The translations under genes were made by a program, and so were the position numbers. Shown here piece after piece: positions 32,344 to 59,581 of a stretch of DNA of 60,000 bases (positions are counted from its first letter, which is position 1; every line of letters starts with the position of its first letter). Under the pieces are notes generated by a model. The model was not told where the DNA came from, ran no database searches, and saw only the letters and a program-made list of their open reading frames with translations. The stretch lies in contig NW_024704742.1 in assembly GCF_018977255.1 (NCBI RefSeq), positions 137,456,001-137,516,000 of the forward strand, read 5' to 3'. Source of the DNA: Callorhinchus milii. Taxonomy: Eukaryota.

Positions 32344-33089
32344 ATGCCATACTCTTTGGCTCCCGTCGACGTCTTCTGTCCCGCGGTTCCACCTCCTCAA
32401 CCCACCCGACCTGTCCTCAAACCTGCCCATGTCACTCCTCGATGCAAGACCGTTCCGATGAGGTAGAAATTATATCTGTACATCAATCGGTTATTGAGAT
32501 CCTTTTTTGAAGCACAGACCCAAACAATATTGTTTTATTAGTATAATAATAAAGAAGGTGGATAGAAGATTATTTTTTCTCCTTCTTATTGAAGGGGCTG
32601 GTTCATTATCACCGTCCGGTTCCCCGGCCGAGTGCGTGTCCAGGCAACAACTGTCTGCATAAAAAAACAGCACATACACAAAGTCCCGTTACCTCTTTTT
32701 TTAAAAATGATTTTTTAATTTCCTGTTGCAGATGAGTCGAGCGTAACAAGCTCTGACACCAGCAATTTCCTCTTCACCGACTCTCTCCACGTTACAGAAG
32801 GTGAAGCACCGAACTTGGAAACGGAACATTTACCGTGAAACTCACTCAGACTGACCCTCTGGATGTCTATACACAGTTAAACACTTGCACTGAATACAAT
32901 GAAAGTACTTCTAAATACAATTATCGTCATTCTTCCATATGTTTCAGCTGTTGGTCAGGACACAAAAGGGGAAAAAGTATGAGTGTAACAGGACTTTGCG
33001 AACACTCTGGAGGAGAGTCAGGTGCAGAGAGTTGAGGTAATTGGAGTTGAGGTACAGATCAGCCAATTTGCCAAATGTCCCGTAAACAG

Positions 33090-33955
33090 CTTTAAAGAAT
33101 GATCATTGTGTTCAAAATTATGAGGGGTGTTGACAGAGCAGATGGGGAGAAACGGTTTCCTCCGGGGGCTGGTCTGGTAACTGAGGGATACAGATTTAAA
33201 AAGGATATTGCAACGATTGAGAGGATACAGAGAGCAACTAAAATGGTTGAGAGGATGGAGGGACTGGACTATAAGGAGCGATTAGATAAACTGGGCAGGT
33301 TCACACTGGAGAAGAGAAAGTTGAGGATTATATGATTATGATCTTTATGATTCTGAAGGGAATAGATTATGTGGACCATGATAAACTGTTTTATCTTGTA
33401 CTGAACAGTAGAACCAGCGGACACGGCCTGCGATTAAAGGGGATAAATTCAGAACAAAAATCTGTGGAAACATTTCTTCAGTGAGTGAACAGTAAACTTA
33501 TGGAACAGGTTCCCTCGGGAGAAGCAGAAAATGTTGTTTGTTTCAAGAACAAATTTCTGCTAGAAAATAATATCTCAGAATACACTGCAAAGTTTGGGAC
33601 ACGACATGTCAAGCGACTGTCAGGATGGTCAAAGGTGAACCAGATGGACCTTGGTCTCCTTTCGCCAAGCACATGTTTATGATCTTATACTTTTATTTAA
33701 GATAACTGGCAAAATAACCAGAGATGATACGAGGAGAAATATTTTTACACAGCGAGTTGTTAAGATTTAGAATGCAATGCCTCAAAGGGTGGTGGAAGCG
33801 GATTCGATAATAGATTTCAAAATGAAATTGGATATATGCTGAAAAGAAAAAAAGTTTTAAGGCTTTGGAAAGATAGAAACAGGAGCAGGCTATTCAGCCC
33901 CTCGAGCCTGTTCTGCCATTTTATAAGATCATGGCTGATCTCTACCTCAAGTCCA
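33090..33955 (+). mobile_element. Cluster of CR1 LINE 3' fragments
   Basis: VFKIMRGVDRADGEK, KDIATIERIQRATKMV, FTLEKRKLR. Confidence 0.8.
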
Positions 33956-33960
33956 GTTAC

Positions 33961-34170
33961 AATAATAATCCCTCCAAAACCAAAAACAATAATAAATTGG
34001 TCACTTTTAATCCACGACTGTTTGTGGGACATTGCTGTGCGCAATTGGCTGCCGCGTTCGCCCACAAATATACAGTCAATTCACTTTACAGTGTGTTCTG
34101 TGAAGCGCTTTGGGACGTACTCCCGACGTGAAAAGCGCTATATCAAATGCAAGGATTATTATTATTATTA
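33961..34170 (+). mobile_element. 5'-truncated young SINE
   Basis: Starts at the internal (TAA)n, complete tail. Confidence 0.88.
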
Positions 34171-34489
34171 CTCGCCCTTGCCCCATATCCCTTATGGGTG
34201 AAAGAACGGGGTACTGGGACGAGTTGGAAGCTCTTGCAAAGAACTGGCACAGGCATGATGGGCTGAATGGCCTCCTTCTGTGCTGTAAGATTCTATGATT
34301 CTATCAATTTTGTTTGGGGGATTGTTGTCTAAGACATTGAGAGAAACTCTCTTCACTTTTAGATTAGCGCCATGGGATCTTTTAACGTCTATACACAGGC
34401 ATCGATGGGATCTCAATTTTTAATATCTTATCTGAAGGATGACACCTGCAACAATGCAGTGCTCCCTCAATAGGCACTGGAGCATTATA

Positions 34490-34830
34490 TGGAGCCCCTT
34501 AGTATAGTGGTTAGAGCACATTCCTTGCAAGCGGAGGACCCGGGTTCAAATCCTGGGTAAAACCTTACGCAAGTTGTTTACTTCACATCCTCTGTTTACC
34601 TCGCAATAAGTAGGAACCCGGTTGTTAGTCCACTGCTGCTTTCTGGGTGTAATAATCCCTCAAAAAAATGTGGTCACTCAATCCATGACTGTTTGTGGCA
34701 TACTGCTGTGCACAACTGACTGCCACACTTTGACCAGAGTCAAATCACCTAACAATATATCTTGTGAAGCTCTTTGAGGAGTATCAAGATAAGGCGCGAA
34801 ATCAACTGCAAGGATTATTGTATTATTAGC
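34490..34830 (+). mobile_element. Older long-form tRNA SINE
   Basis: Head tagtggttagagcac...ggttcaaatcc, core, tail. Confidence 0.78.
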
Positions 34831-36417
34831 TTGGACTGTGAGCTGAAATGGTTGGGTGGGGAGGTCAGAACCACAACCTACTGACTCAGAGGGAAAAATA
34901 TTGCTGACTGTGCCAGGTTGTTATGAGGGTGACTTAAGGATGACATTGGCCATTGGACATTAAGGCTAAGCGAAGGTGGAGTTTGGAATTGGGGGATGGA
35001 AGGAGGGAGTGTTTAACTTGGGCTTCAATTCATTTCATTCATCTCACAGCCCCATCTAGTGAGCAGTAAAGGATTCACACCTTATTGTGATTCACAGAAC
35101 ATAATAATAAGACAACAAAACTACATTTGTATAGCACCTTTCATATTGGGAGGATGTCCCAAGGCACTGGACAAACCGTGTTTTGGACCAGAGCTGGGGG
35201 GGGGGGGGTCGGGATCAGGGAGCGCAGTGGGGGAAGGAGGGTGATCGAAGAGAAGGGTCTTGAGATGGTGAAAGGCACTTTATAAATGCAACTTATTGTC
35301 GTTCAGGTTGTGATATTTCAACATTCGTGTTCAAATCCCTTCGCTCCCGGGCACCTCCCGGTCTCTCCGACCTCCTCAACAACAACAACAACAACAAGTG
35401 TTACATGGGCGGTAGCGCCGTTCACGTCGGGAGGACGTCCCAAGGCGCTGGACGGTGACAGCATTTCGGACCATTTCACTCCCCGTTCCTCTTGGACCGG
35501 GGGATACGGCCGCTTTCCCCCCCCACCCCCCCCAAACCTACCCGCCACCCCCACCCCCACCCGTCCCGCCACCCCCCCGCCACCCCCGCTACCCGCCCCA
35601 CCGCCACCCGCCCCACCCCCCACCCCGCCACCCCCACCCGTCCCCGAGCCGCCCCCCCCCCCGCCCCGCCTCAGAGTCAGGCTCCGCCACTATTGAGCGC
35701 TGTGTGGAGGGCGCGATATAAGTGCAAGTTGTTGTTGTTGGTGTTGGGTTTTGGTGTTGGTGAGCGATGGGGATGGGGGGATGGGGGGGGGGGGGGAGTG
35801 TCCGGTTGCCATGGCGACAGGCTGGCCAGCGTCTCCATGGTAACGCGCGGGGGAGGCGGGGAGGAGGAGGAGGAGGAGGAGGAGGGAGTGGGTGGGTGGC
35901 GACCAACGTCACCGGATTGGGCGGGTTCACGCCCGATTGGGCGGGTTCACGCCCGATTGGGCGGGTTTCCCTTCCAACGGCTCCGGTCGGTTTAAAAAAT
36001 CAAAACCCGTCACACTTTTTTTTCTTCTTCTTCTTCTTCCCGGTTTGAAGACCTTTTCTCTCACCCAATTCCCTGACTGAACCGATATATATATATATAT
36101 TTTTTGCCTCCTCCCCCCCGCCCACCACCCGCCCACCAAAGTAGCCCCAACGTGATCCAACGCTCAATGTCGGGCTACTTTGGGGCGGTCTCGCGCTCCA
36201 TACGGGCAACGTTTGGGCGGTTTCCGTCGGCCTCGCGCACCATCCCGGGCTCCTTTGGGGCGGTCTCGGGCGACCTCGCGCGGGGTATAAGAGGCGCGCA
36301 GCCGCGGCCGCCGCCGCCATTTGCAGGAGAGGCGCCGGGGAGGCGGGAGAGCAACCGAGAGCCCCAGCACAGGCCGCACCATCCCCTCCTCCTCCTCCTC
36401 CTCCAGCAACCACAGCC

Positions 36418-50378
<13,961 letters not shown>

Positions 50379-50486
50379 GTGGCTGGTGTTGCTCACACTC
50401 CAAACCTTTGTAAGAACCGCTGGGAGAGAAAAAGCCAATGTGCTTTTTGTTTAAAATGTACAGAAATGTTTTTCTCTTAAACAGAG

Positions 50487-50492
50487 AATAAA
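50487..50492 (+). terminator. ATP5F1A poly(A) signal
   Basis: AATAAA 108 nt after the stop, followed by T-rich downstream sequence. Confidence 0.75.
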
Positions 50493-50540
50493 ATGTTCCA
50501 CCAAAACAGCTTTTCCTTTGCGTCTTATTTCACTGATCGT

Positions 50541-50876
50541 CAATAATAATACTTACGTTTGATGCAGCGCCTTTCACGTTGTTGAAGCTCGTCACAGGAT
50601 ATACTGCAAAGCAAATTGACTGTATTTTGTGGGGGAAACACAGCAGCCAATTGTGCACAGCTGTGTTCCACAAACAGTCATGGAGTGGGAGACCCAAAAA
50701 ATAATTTGGAGGATTATTATCCCCCAGAAAGCCACCTGAACATTGACTAACAGACGGGTTCCTACCTACTACTAGGTAAACAGGGGTGTGCAATAAGGAA
50801 ACTTGTCTATGGTTTTGCCCCACCAGAATTGATCCCGGGTCCTCTCACTTGCAAAGCGAGTGCTCTAACCACTACA
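50541..50876 (-). mobile_element. Older long-form tRNA SINE
   Basis: Tail, core and head. Confidence 0.8.
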
Positions 50877-50935
50877 CTTACGTCCTTTACAACTACATTG
50901 TAAAGGATAGCGACTATTTTATTAGTGATGGATTT

Positions 50936-51813
50936 ATAGTCATAGAATTGCACAGCACAAGAAGAGGCCATTCGGCCCATCGAGTCTGTGCCGGCTCTTT
51001 GAATAGAGCAATTAATGTCAATCCACTCCTCAGCCCTTTCCCCATAACCTGCAATCCCGTACTCCTCAAATACCCGTCCACCGTGTTTTTAAAAGTAGTT
51101 ATCGAATCGGCCTCGACCGCCCTTTCAGGCGATGTTCCAGATTCAAACAACTCTCTGTGTGAAAAAATTTCTTCTCCTCCCCTCGGCTTCTTTTGGAGAC
51201 CATTTTGAATCTGACCTCGAGTCACCGACACACCCACCAGTGGGAACAGTTTTTCCCTTTCTAACCCATCAAATCCCCTCATGATTTTGAAGACCTCTAT
51301 TAGGTCCTCGTAACCTTCTCTGCTCCAATGAGGATAATCCCGGCCTCTCTCACCTTTCCTCATCATCACGGTCCCTCATTCCTGGTCCCATCCTCGTAAA
51401 TCTCCTCTGTACCCTTTCCAATGCCTTAACATCCTTCCTATAGTGTGGGGCCCAGAACTGGGGCAGTATTCTAACTGAGGCCTAATCAGTGTTTATATGG
51501 GTTAATCATAACCTCCTGACTCTTGTACTCTATGCCCCTATTTATAAAGCCCAGTATCCCATATGCCCTTTTTACAGCCTTATCTCCCTGTCCTGCCACC
51601 TTCAAGGATTCATTTACCTGCCCCCCCAGGTCTCTCTGTTCCTTTACCCCCCTTAAGATTGTATTACCGGCCTATATTACCCCTCATTCTTTATACCAAA
51701 ATGCATTACCTCACATTTCTTCACATTGAAACTCATCTGCCACGTGTCACCCTTTTTACCATCTGTCTATGTCTTCCTGAAGTTGGCTACTACTCGCTGT
51801 TTACCACTACCTA
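50936..51813 (-). mobile_element. CR1 LINE 3' portion
   Basis: DLIEVFKIMRGFDGLEREKLFPLV; near-identical to the reverse complement of 53092-53983. Confidence 0.9.
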
Positions 51814-52317
51814 AATCACAGTGAGGGAATTAGCTGAGGCTCCAGTGTGGTGCTCCACATGCAGAGTAAGGCTTCCCCTTTCCATGTCCAGCTATGTGCC
51901 TGGACTTCATACGTCATTGCATCACAGGCCTGAAATTCCAGTCTCGGGCTCAGACCATTTTGATTTAGATGGTCAGAATTGTGGTAATTTAAATTTAGAC
52001 TTAATTGTGAGGTTATAAGATCTGCAGAAAACAGGCGTCCAAATTATGACTGAATTTAATTCTCAAGACGTTAAAAATAACCTTCCTGTTGCAATCGCCT
52101 TGACTTGTCTGTACCAACCTGATGGCTTCCCACTCGCAGCGGCCTCGCCCTGCTCCATGTGCCCAGACCATCCCACCATTGAAGAGAGCGAGTGAGGCAA
52201 AGAGACTGGGATTATTGCTGCAATTCCCCCCCCCCACCCCACCTGTGTTCTGCATCATTAACACCATCTTAACCCATCATCCCCCATTGTCTACCCCATT
52301 TTCTCATTTGTCTTCCC

Positions 52318-53983
52318 CTGTACAAAAAGGGACAGGAGGACAAACCTGGGAACTCCAGGCCAGTCAGCCTAACATCAGTAGTGGGGAAACTCCTGGAGAC
52401 TACAATCCGGGACAGAATAAATCTTCACTTCGAAGAATATGGGTTAATTAGGGACAGCCAACACGGATTTGTTAAAGGCAAATCTTGTCTAACAAATCTA
52501 ATAGAATTTTTCGATGAGGTAATAATAATGATCCTTGCATTTGATATAGCGCTTTTCACGTCGGGAGGACGTCCCAAAGCGCTTCACAGAACAGACTGTA
52601 AAGTGAATTGACTGTATATTTGTGGGCGAACGCGGCAGCCAATTGCGCACAGCAATGTCCCACAAACAGTCGTAGATTGAAAATGACCAATTTATTATTG
52701 TTTTTGGTTTTGGAGGGATTATTATTAGGCTCTGTGTGGAGTAAGGAAACTTGCCCAAGGTTTGGCCCTCTGCCTGGAATTGAACTCAGGTCTCTCACTT
52801 GCAAAGCGAGTGCTCTAACCACTGAGCTACAGGACTCCAGATAACGGAGAGGGGATAAAGGTAGTGCAGTTGATGTAGTTTATATGGACTTTCAAAAGGC
52901 AGTTGACAAAGGGCCACATGAAAGACTTGTAAGAAAGCAGAGAGTTGTGGTGAACGGCTGCTTTTCTGACTGGAGGGACAGTGGTGTCCCCCAGGGATCG
53001 GTATTAGGACCACTGCTCTTCTTAATATACATAAATGATATGGACTTGGGTATAGCAAGTACCATTTCCAAGTTTGCGGACGACACAAAGTTAGGGAGGG
53101 GGTAAACAGTGAGAAGGATAGGAGCCGACTGCAGGAAGACATAGACAGATGGTAAAATGGGTGACACATGGCAGATGAGTTTCAATGTGGAGAAATGTGA
53201 GGTAATTCATTTTGGTAGAAAGAATGAGGGGCAATATAGGCGGTAATACAATCTTAAGGGGGTAAAAGAACAGAGAGACCTGGGGGGCAGGTAAATGAAT
53301 CCTTGAAGGTGGCAGGACAGGGAGATAAGGCTGTAAAAAGGGCATATGGGATACTGGGCTTTATAAATAGGGGCATAGAGTACAAGAGTCAGGAGGTTAT
53401 GATTAACCCATATAAACACTGGTTAGGCCTCAGTTAGAATACTGCCCCAGTTCTGGGCCCCACACTATAGGAAGGATGTTAAGGCATTGGAAAGGGTACA
53501 GAGGAGATTTATGAGGATGGGACCAGGAATGAGGGACCGTGATGAGGAAAGGCGAGAGAGGCCGGGATTATTCTCATTGGAGCAGAGAAGGTTACGAGGA
53601 GACCTAATAGAGGTCTTCAAAATCATGAGGGGATTTGATGGGTTAGAAAGGAAAAGCTGTTTCCACTGGTGGGTGTGTCGGTGACTCGAGGTCACAGATT
53701 TAAAATAGTCTCTAAAAGAAGCCGAGGGAAGGTGAGAAGAATTTTTTTCACGCAGCGAGTTGTTCGAATCTGGAACCCATTGCCTGAAAGGGCGGTCGAG
53801 GCCGATTCGATAACTATTTTTAAAAACGCGGTGGACGGGTATTTGAGGAGGACGGGTTTGCAGGTTATGGGGAAAGGGCTGGGGAGTGGGATTGACATTA
53901 CATTGGTCTTTTTAAAGAGCCGTAACGGACTCGATGGGCCAAATGGCCTCTTTTTGTGCTGTACGATTTATGATTCTATGATT
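52318..53983 (+). mobile_element. CR1 LINE with decayed RT domain, interrupted by a SINE
   Basis: [61 protein letters not shown] tail. Confidence 0.92.
52520..52838 (-). mobile_element. Young tRNA SINE, full length
   Basis: Complete, inserted in CR1 ORF2. Confidence 0.92.
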
Positions 53984-54048
53984 CCTTGCCCTGCCTCCTC
54001 CCTCTCTGTTAGCCCTTAAAAGCCTCTCCCTATGAACTTGCCCCATTT

Positions 54049-54140
54049 CTGACAAAGGGTCATGGACCCAAAACGTTGACTCACTTTCCTTTCTCTATAG
54101 ATGCTGCCTGACCGGCTGAGCGACTTCTGTTTTTGTTTTC
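54049..54140 (+). mobile_element. Penelope-like element terminal fragment
   Basis: ctgacaaagggtcatggacccaaaacgttgac...gatgctgcctgacc, resembling a common chondrichthyan repeat end (recalled). Confidence 0.5.
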
Positions 54141-55644
54141 ATGTATCTCAACAACATTTTTTATCTGGCAAATAAAACTGCAGGTGACCAGTGTTTATGC
54201 CACTAGAGGGAGACGGCAGGCTTCTCTGTCCAAGGAGAGCACAGATCTCCCAAGTTCTTGATAATCCTTCTAAATCCTTGTATTTGATATTGTGTTTCAC
54301 ATGATTTACTATGAAAGTGTAGGGACTGTATTTTGTATTAAGATTTGGAGGGCAGACCAGTCACTGGGGACAGGGAATCCTCCCACTCAGCTCCTGATAA
54401 CACCGCAAACCAAAGCCCTAACAAGGTAGGGTGGTCCCAGCCGGACAATCAGCGGGAAAGCTTGTCGGACAGTGATATCAATGGCCAGCTATATGGTTTT
54501 AATCTAGAACATTTGTTGGCTAAGCCTCCCCTCGTCCATCATTCTCAGCTCAGCCTTTCTCACATCCGCTGGTCTGAAACCTTAACACAGGAAACTGAGA
54601 GACGTACAATATTCGTGTTGAGCAGTGGTCCCCGAGCCAGAAAGGCAGTAATAGATCAAGTGACAATTTAAGGTTTGCAGATTTTCCTGGTCTTGAAGTA
54701 AATCAACCACTGTTTCCTTACTCCACACGCCTCTGTTTATCGAGCAGTAAGCCGGAACCCGGTTGTTAAATTGATCGCTTTTCCAGGGGTAATAATCCCT
54801 TCAAAAAAAAATAATAATTTGGTCACTCAATCCACGACTGTTTGTGGGACGCTGCTGTGTACAATTGGCTGCCGCGTTTTGCCCACAAAACACACAGTCA
54901 CCTCACTTTACAGTGAATTCTGTGAAGAGCTTTCAGATGTCTCGCAGACGTGGTAAGGCCCTATATCAAATGCAAGGATTATTATTATTATGACATTACC
55001 TTTTCACAGTGTGTACGTGTACGGATATGACACCAGATTAAATAGGGAGTATTTGGTATCATCTGGCGAAACGTACAGTCCCTGGCAAGGCAAGTGAAGT
55101 CGAGATCCATTATAATGTCGAGCACCTCTCCCAAAGCCCTGGTTGTGTTGGAATCGAGGTGGGTCTCTCAGCTCTCACACTATTGAAGTTACTAAAATTG
55201 AAGTTATCAGAAAATACAGTTCTAAAATGTCTAAAATTGCAGCCGGCCTCAGTCAGGTGCACTCTCTCACCTCTAAGTCCGGAGGTTGTGGATTGAAGGC
55301 CCAAATAGTCTGAATGTCAGACACACACACAGACATATATTGAAACATAAGATGATAGTGAAAGGCAGAGAGAGTTTCGGAGGTGACTGAAATACTAGTT
55401 GAAATCCATGCACCAGACAGCCTCTGTGTATTGTTCAAGCTCAGTGAGTTTACAATAATTTGCTGCATGCTATTTTGGTGTGAAGGGCACATTTCAACAC
55501 CAATTTATACATTGATGTTTGCCAATTAGGGTTGGTTCTGCTGGGTCATATTTCCTGTAGCGTACAGGGTGTTCACAAAGTTTTTTCTACCATGACCAAC
55601 AACAGACATCTCAATGTCGTGATAAGATACTATATCAAATGCAA

Positions 55645-55968
55645 TAATAATAATAATCCTTGCATTTGATATAGCGCTTTTCACGTCGGGAGGACGTCCC
55701 AAAGCGCTTCACAGAACAGACTGTAAAGTGAATTGACTGTATATTTGTGGGCGAACGCGGCAGCCAATTGCGCACAGCAATGTCCCACAAACAGTCGTAG
55801 ATTGAAAATGACCAATTTATTATTGTTTTTGGTTTTTGAGGGATTATTATTAGGCTCTGTGTGGAGTAAGGAAACTTGCCCAAGGTTTCCCTCTGCCTGG
55901 AATTGAACTCAGGTCTCTCACTTGCAAAGCGAGTGCTCCTAACCACTGAGCTACGGGACTCCACAAAT
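55645..55968 (-). mobile_element. Young tRNA SINE with 8-bp target-site duplication
   Basis: aaatgcaa at 55637-55644 and 55969-55976; inserted into the tail of an older SINE. Confidence 0.92.
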
Positions 55969-57174
55969 AAATGCAAGGATTATTATTATTTTGGTATGAG
56001 CTGTGCTGCTCACCAGGAAGCTCATAGGGAGTTCCTGGTATCTGTCGTCAACCCAATGGAAGGGAGATCTGCTCAGAATTTGACCTGTACTCTTGCTGAT
56101 CTGGAAGTGCGGGCAGACAGTGTACAATGTAGAGGGAGCTTCAATGTGTTTCTAATCCTGACGGAGTGCGGATGGATAGTGTAGTGGGAGCTTTACTCTG
56201 TCTGTCTCTAATCCTGACCTGAGAGTGTAGATGGACAGTGTAGAGAGAGCTTTACTCGATCTCTAACCTGTGTTTTGCTCTCTTGTTCTGCTGCCTTGGA
56301 GTATCTGAAAGCATTGAGTTTACTTTCTCAACGATATTTAGCTTCTTACATATAAGTTTGGGTTTGGATCAAGACGACCTTTCGGCCCATTTGATCTCAT
56401 CCGGCCAGAACACCCACCCTTCAGCATCAAGCTGTAAACAGCATACAGCGTTAAACATGGCCCAGTGTCCTGAGATCAATCACTCTTCCTGTTCGTTACT
56501 AGTTACCCTCTGGATAAAGACAACAACAACAAGATTTCATTTATAGAGCGCCTTTCACGTCGGGAGGACGTCCCAAGGCGCAAGGCACAATAACTCCTGG
56601 AGTCCGTCCTGAAATTGCCATTTGCAACTCTATGCAAAAAAAAGGGGATAAGAGGAAAATTTGCTTTAAGCAGAGAGTTGTTACGGTCTGGAATGTGCTG
56701 CTCGAAGGGGTGCTAATTGGTAGCTCTTTCAAAGAGCCAGCACAGATATAGCCAGCACAGGCACCGAATGGCCTCCTTCTGTGCTGTAAGATTCTATGAT
56801 TCTGTACAGCCATCTCGGAGATGTGTCTTTTCAAAACTGAAGAGGCCTAAATTGAGTAAGAATTGAGTAAGAATTGTTTCTCGCACATCATCCCACTAAT
56901 ATCATCATTGCTCTCCTCTCTCTCTAGGGCATGTGTTGTGTACTAATCAGTGTACAGTCTGCACTTTGTACAGTCTGAGCACGTTTTCTGGGAACCAGAG
57001 CTGACATAATTTGCCAATGGGGGTTCTGGCTTATATTAATCATTGTGCTGAGTGATGACACCATTACTACGTCCCATTCAGTTCCCCATTTGGCAAGTTC
57101 TCTTGTGCCCGTGGAGTTTATATGATTGCAAAACATGGCACACTGACCACAAAGGAGAAGGATTACTGCCTCTA

Positions 57175-57710
57175 GCTCTGATTACTCCCCTGTTTGTTGG
57201 CCTCCCCAACTCTTTCCTCCACAAGCCGTAGATTATTCAGAACTCTGCAGTTTGTAACCTCTCCAGCACCAGACTCCGTGACCCCATCACCCGCACCCTC
57301 CACTGGCTCCCCATCCTCCAGAGGATAGTGTTCAAAATCCTCGACCTCGCCTTCAAAGCTGTGCTCCTTCCAACCTCTGTGACCTGCTAACCCTGCCCAC
57401 TCCCTCTGCACCGCGTCCCCTGACCAACCTGCCCCACCATCAGTGGATGGGGCTTCAGCCTCTTTGCCCCGCACCCTCTGGAGCTCCATCCCACAGTCCC
57501 TTTGCCTCGCTCCCTCCTTCGCCTCCTTCAAGGCACGTCTCAAGACCCTCCTCTTCGACTGCGCCTTCGGGCACCATCCTACCCACCCTCCCTGCCCTCC
57601 ATCCCTCCTGATGCCATCCCCCCAGATCAGGTGAAAATCCTTGACTGTCCAGCGCCTTGGCAGTCCTCCCAAAGTGAAAGGCAGTATGTAAATATAATTT
57701 GTTGTTGTTG
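57175..57710 (+). mobile_element. L2 LINE 3' fragment
   Basis: PRTLWSSIPQSLCLAPSFASFKARLKTLLFDCAF; (TTG)n tail. Confidence 0.85.
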
Positions 57711-58456
57711 AGCTCACAGACGAGGCTGACCCTCCAGTGCAGTGCTGGGGAGGTGGATGTTCGTGCTTCACATGAGAAGTTAAATCGAGATGGCTCATCC
57801 CCTCCATGGCTGTGTGTTCGTCAGGTGGATGGGAAAGATCCCTCAGTGCTATATGAAAAAGAAAAGTTAAGCAATTCTCCCTCTGCCCTGGCCAACACTC
57901 CTCCCAATTAAATGCTCATCCCCTTCATGGCTGTGTGTATATGTGTGTGTATATGTGTGTGGGTGGGGTGAACACATCGCTACGCACAAATTGGTTGCTG
58001 TGTTGGACAATAGCTGTTCGTGAGACATTTCTGAGTGCAAAATGACTGCCGCGTTTCGCTAAGAACACACAGTCACTACAGCTTACAGCGATTTCCTGTC
58101 AAGCGCTGTGAGACATTCCCCCTGAGATAAAAGGGGTAGTATCAAACACAAGGATTACTAATGTGGTTCTAACTGGTCTGATACAGGGCGGGCAGGAGGA
58201 CCCAGAGGAATCGTCTGGGTTTGGCAATTGGTCAAACTGCCAAGAAGGAACTAAAATTAAAAGTTTTGTGTAGCACAAACTCTCCTCTGACGAGCATCAG
58301 GCGAAGGTGGTGGAGCGGGCAAAGTGCCTTCACAACGCTTCCCCAGTTTCTGAGTACGAAGACGGTGTGAGCGAGCGTGAGCGAGACCGGCAGGTGCTGG
58401 AGAGAGAACACACCCAGCGGAGCTAACAGAGCAGATCCGACGGAGCTTTGTTCAGT

Positions 58457-58489
58457 ATGAGAGAATCACACTTCAGGGACAACTTCTGG
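58457..58489 (+). CDS. PSTPIP2: PSTPIP2 (F-BAR protein) first coding exon; gene continues beyond the window
   Basis: agtATG MRESHFRDNFW|gtgagt resembles the PSTPIP N-terminus (human PSTPIP2 MTRSLFKGNFW, recalled); PSTPIP2 lies downstream of ATP5F1A in the same orientation in other vertebrates. Confidence 0.8.
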
Positions 58490-59581
58490 GTGAGTTGACC
58501 ACACAGCGAAAGAGAGACAGAGAGAGAGAGAGAGAGAAAGCGAGAGACAGAAACAGAGTGAGAACGAACTGGACTTGCAGCTCCAAATTCCATCCAGGTT
58601 TTAAAGACTTAACATGTAATTTCGCTCACAATTTGGGGAGAGATGTTTTCTCTCTCGCCCCCTCTCTGTTTCTTTGTTGTTTTTCTTTCAAAAGAAACCC
58701 TTTCACCGCATTCGCCTTCCAAGTTAAGGCTAAGTTTGAGAGTTTACTAAAAATCTGCCGGGCTCCGAAGTTTCCGAGGGGGAAAAAGTGTCGCATTTCA
58801 TCCACAAAATACACAGTCAATTCACTTTGAGGCATATTCGGTGAAGTGATTTGCGACGTCTTGAAGATGCGATAAGGAGCGATATTAAATGCAAGGATTA
58901 TTATTAACTTTTTTCTCCCTCGCACTTCCTCCCTCATCCACTCACACCAGTGCCCACCACTGACATTAAGTGTGTGGCTGTGTGTGTGTGTGTGTGTGTG
59001 TGAGGCTGTGTGTGTGTATATGTGGCTGGGTGTGTGGCTGGGTGGAGAGGAAGTCTAGAGGGGAAAACTTATGCTGTGAGATATCAGCTCGTGTCTCTCC
59101 TGAAAGATCAACTGTTAGCTTGTGCAAGAGGTTCAAGTGCATCGACAGCTCAAACACAGCTCAACGGGGCAAGCGCTAAAATTCCACCTGGTTTTAGGCT
59201 TAAGATCCCATCCGAAGGACGGCGTTTATGACAATGCAGGACCCCCCCACGCGCCCCCACACACGCGGTGCTGAAACGTAAGCATGGTCCGTGAAGTTAA
59301 AAATCCAACCTGGGGATTTGAACCCACAGCCTTCCTCATATGTGTGGGCTAATAAAGGCAGTTCCTCCTGGTGTCCTGACCAACAATCCTCATGTTAAAA
59401 TTACCTCATTCTCTTCATGAGTGTTTGAGGTATGTGGATCTGCGCAAAATGTATGCCTGGGTTACCTAGAGAAGAAAACAGTCACTACACACTCCACGGC
59501 AAATCCTGTGAAACTCTTTGACATGCTAGTTGTTCAGAGGGATGTTTTTCAATTTCTGTAAGAGTGAACAGGTTCTTGGAG

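Noticed and set aside
32344..32840. Small plus-strand gene between tspan36 and ATP5F1A
   Set aside because: The first part is L2 ORF2 remnant. The acceptor-like site at 32730 opens a short frame with no recognisable homology; a lncRNA cannot be excluded.
52318..53983. Functional reverse transcriptase gene
   Set aside because: 5'-truncated, frameshifted and interrupted by a SINE.
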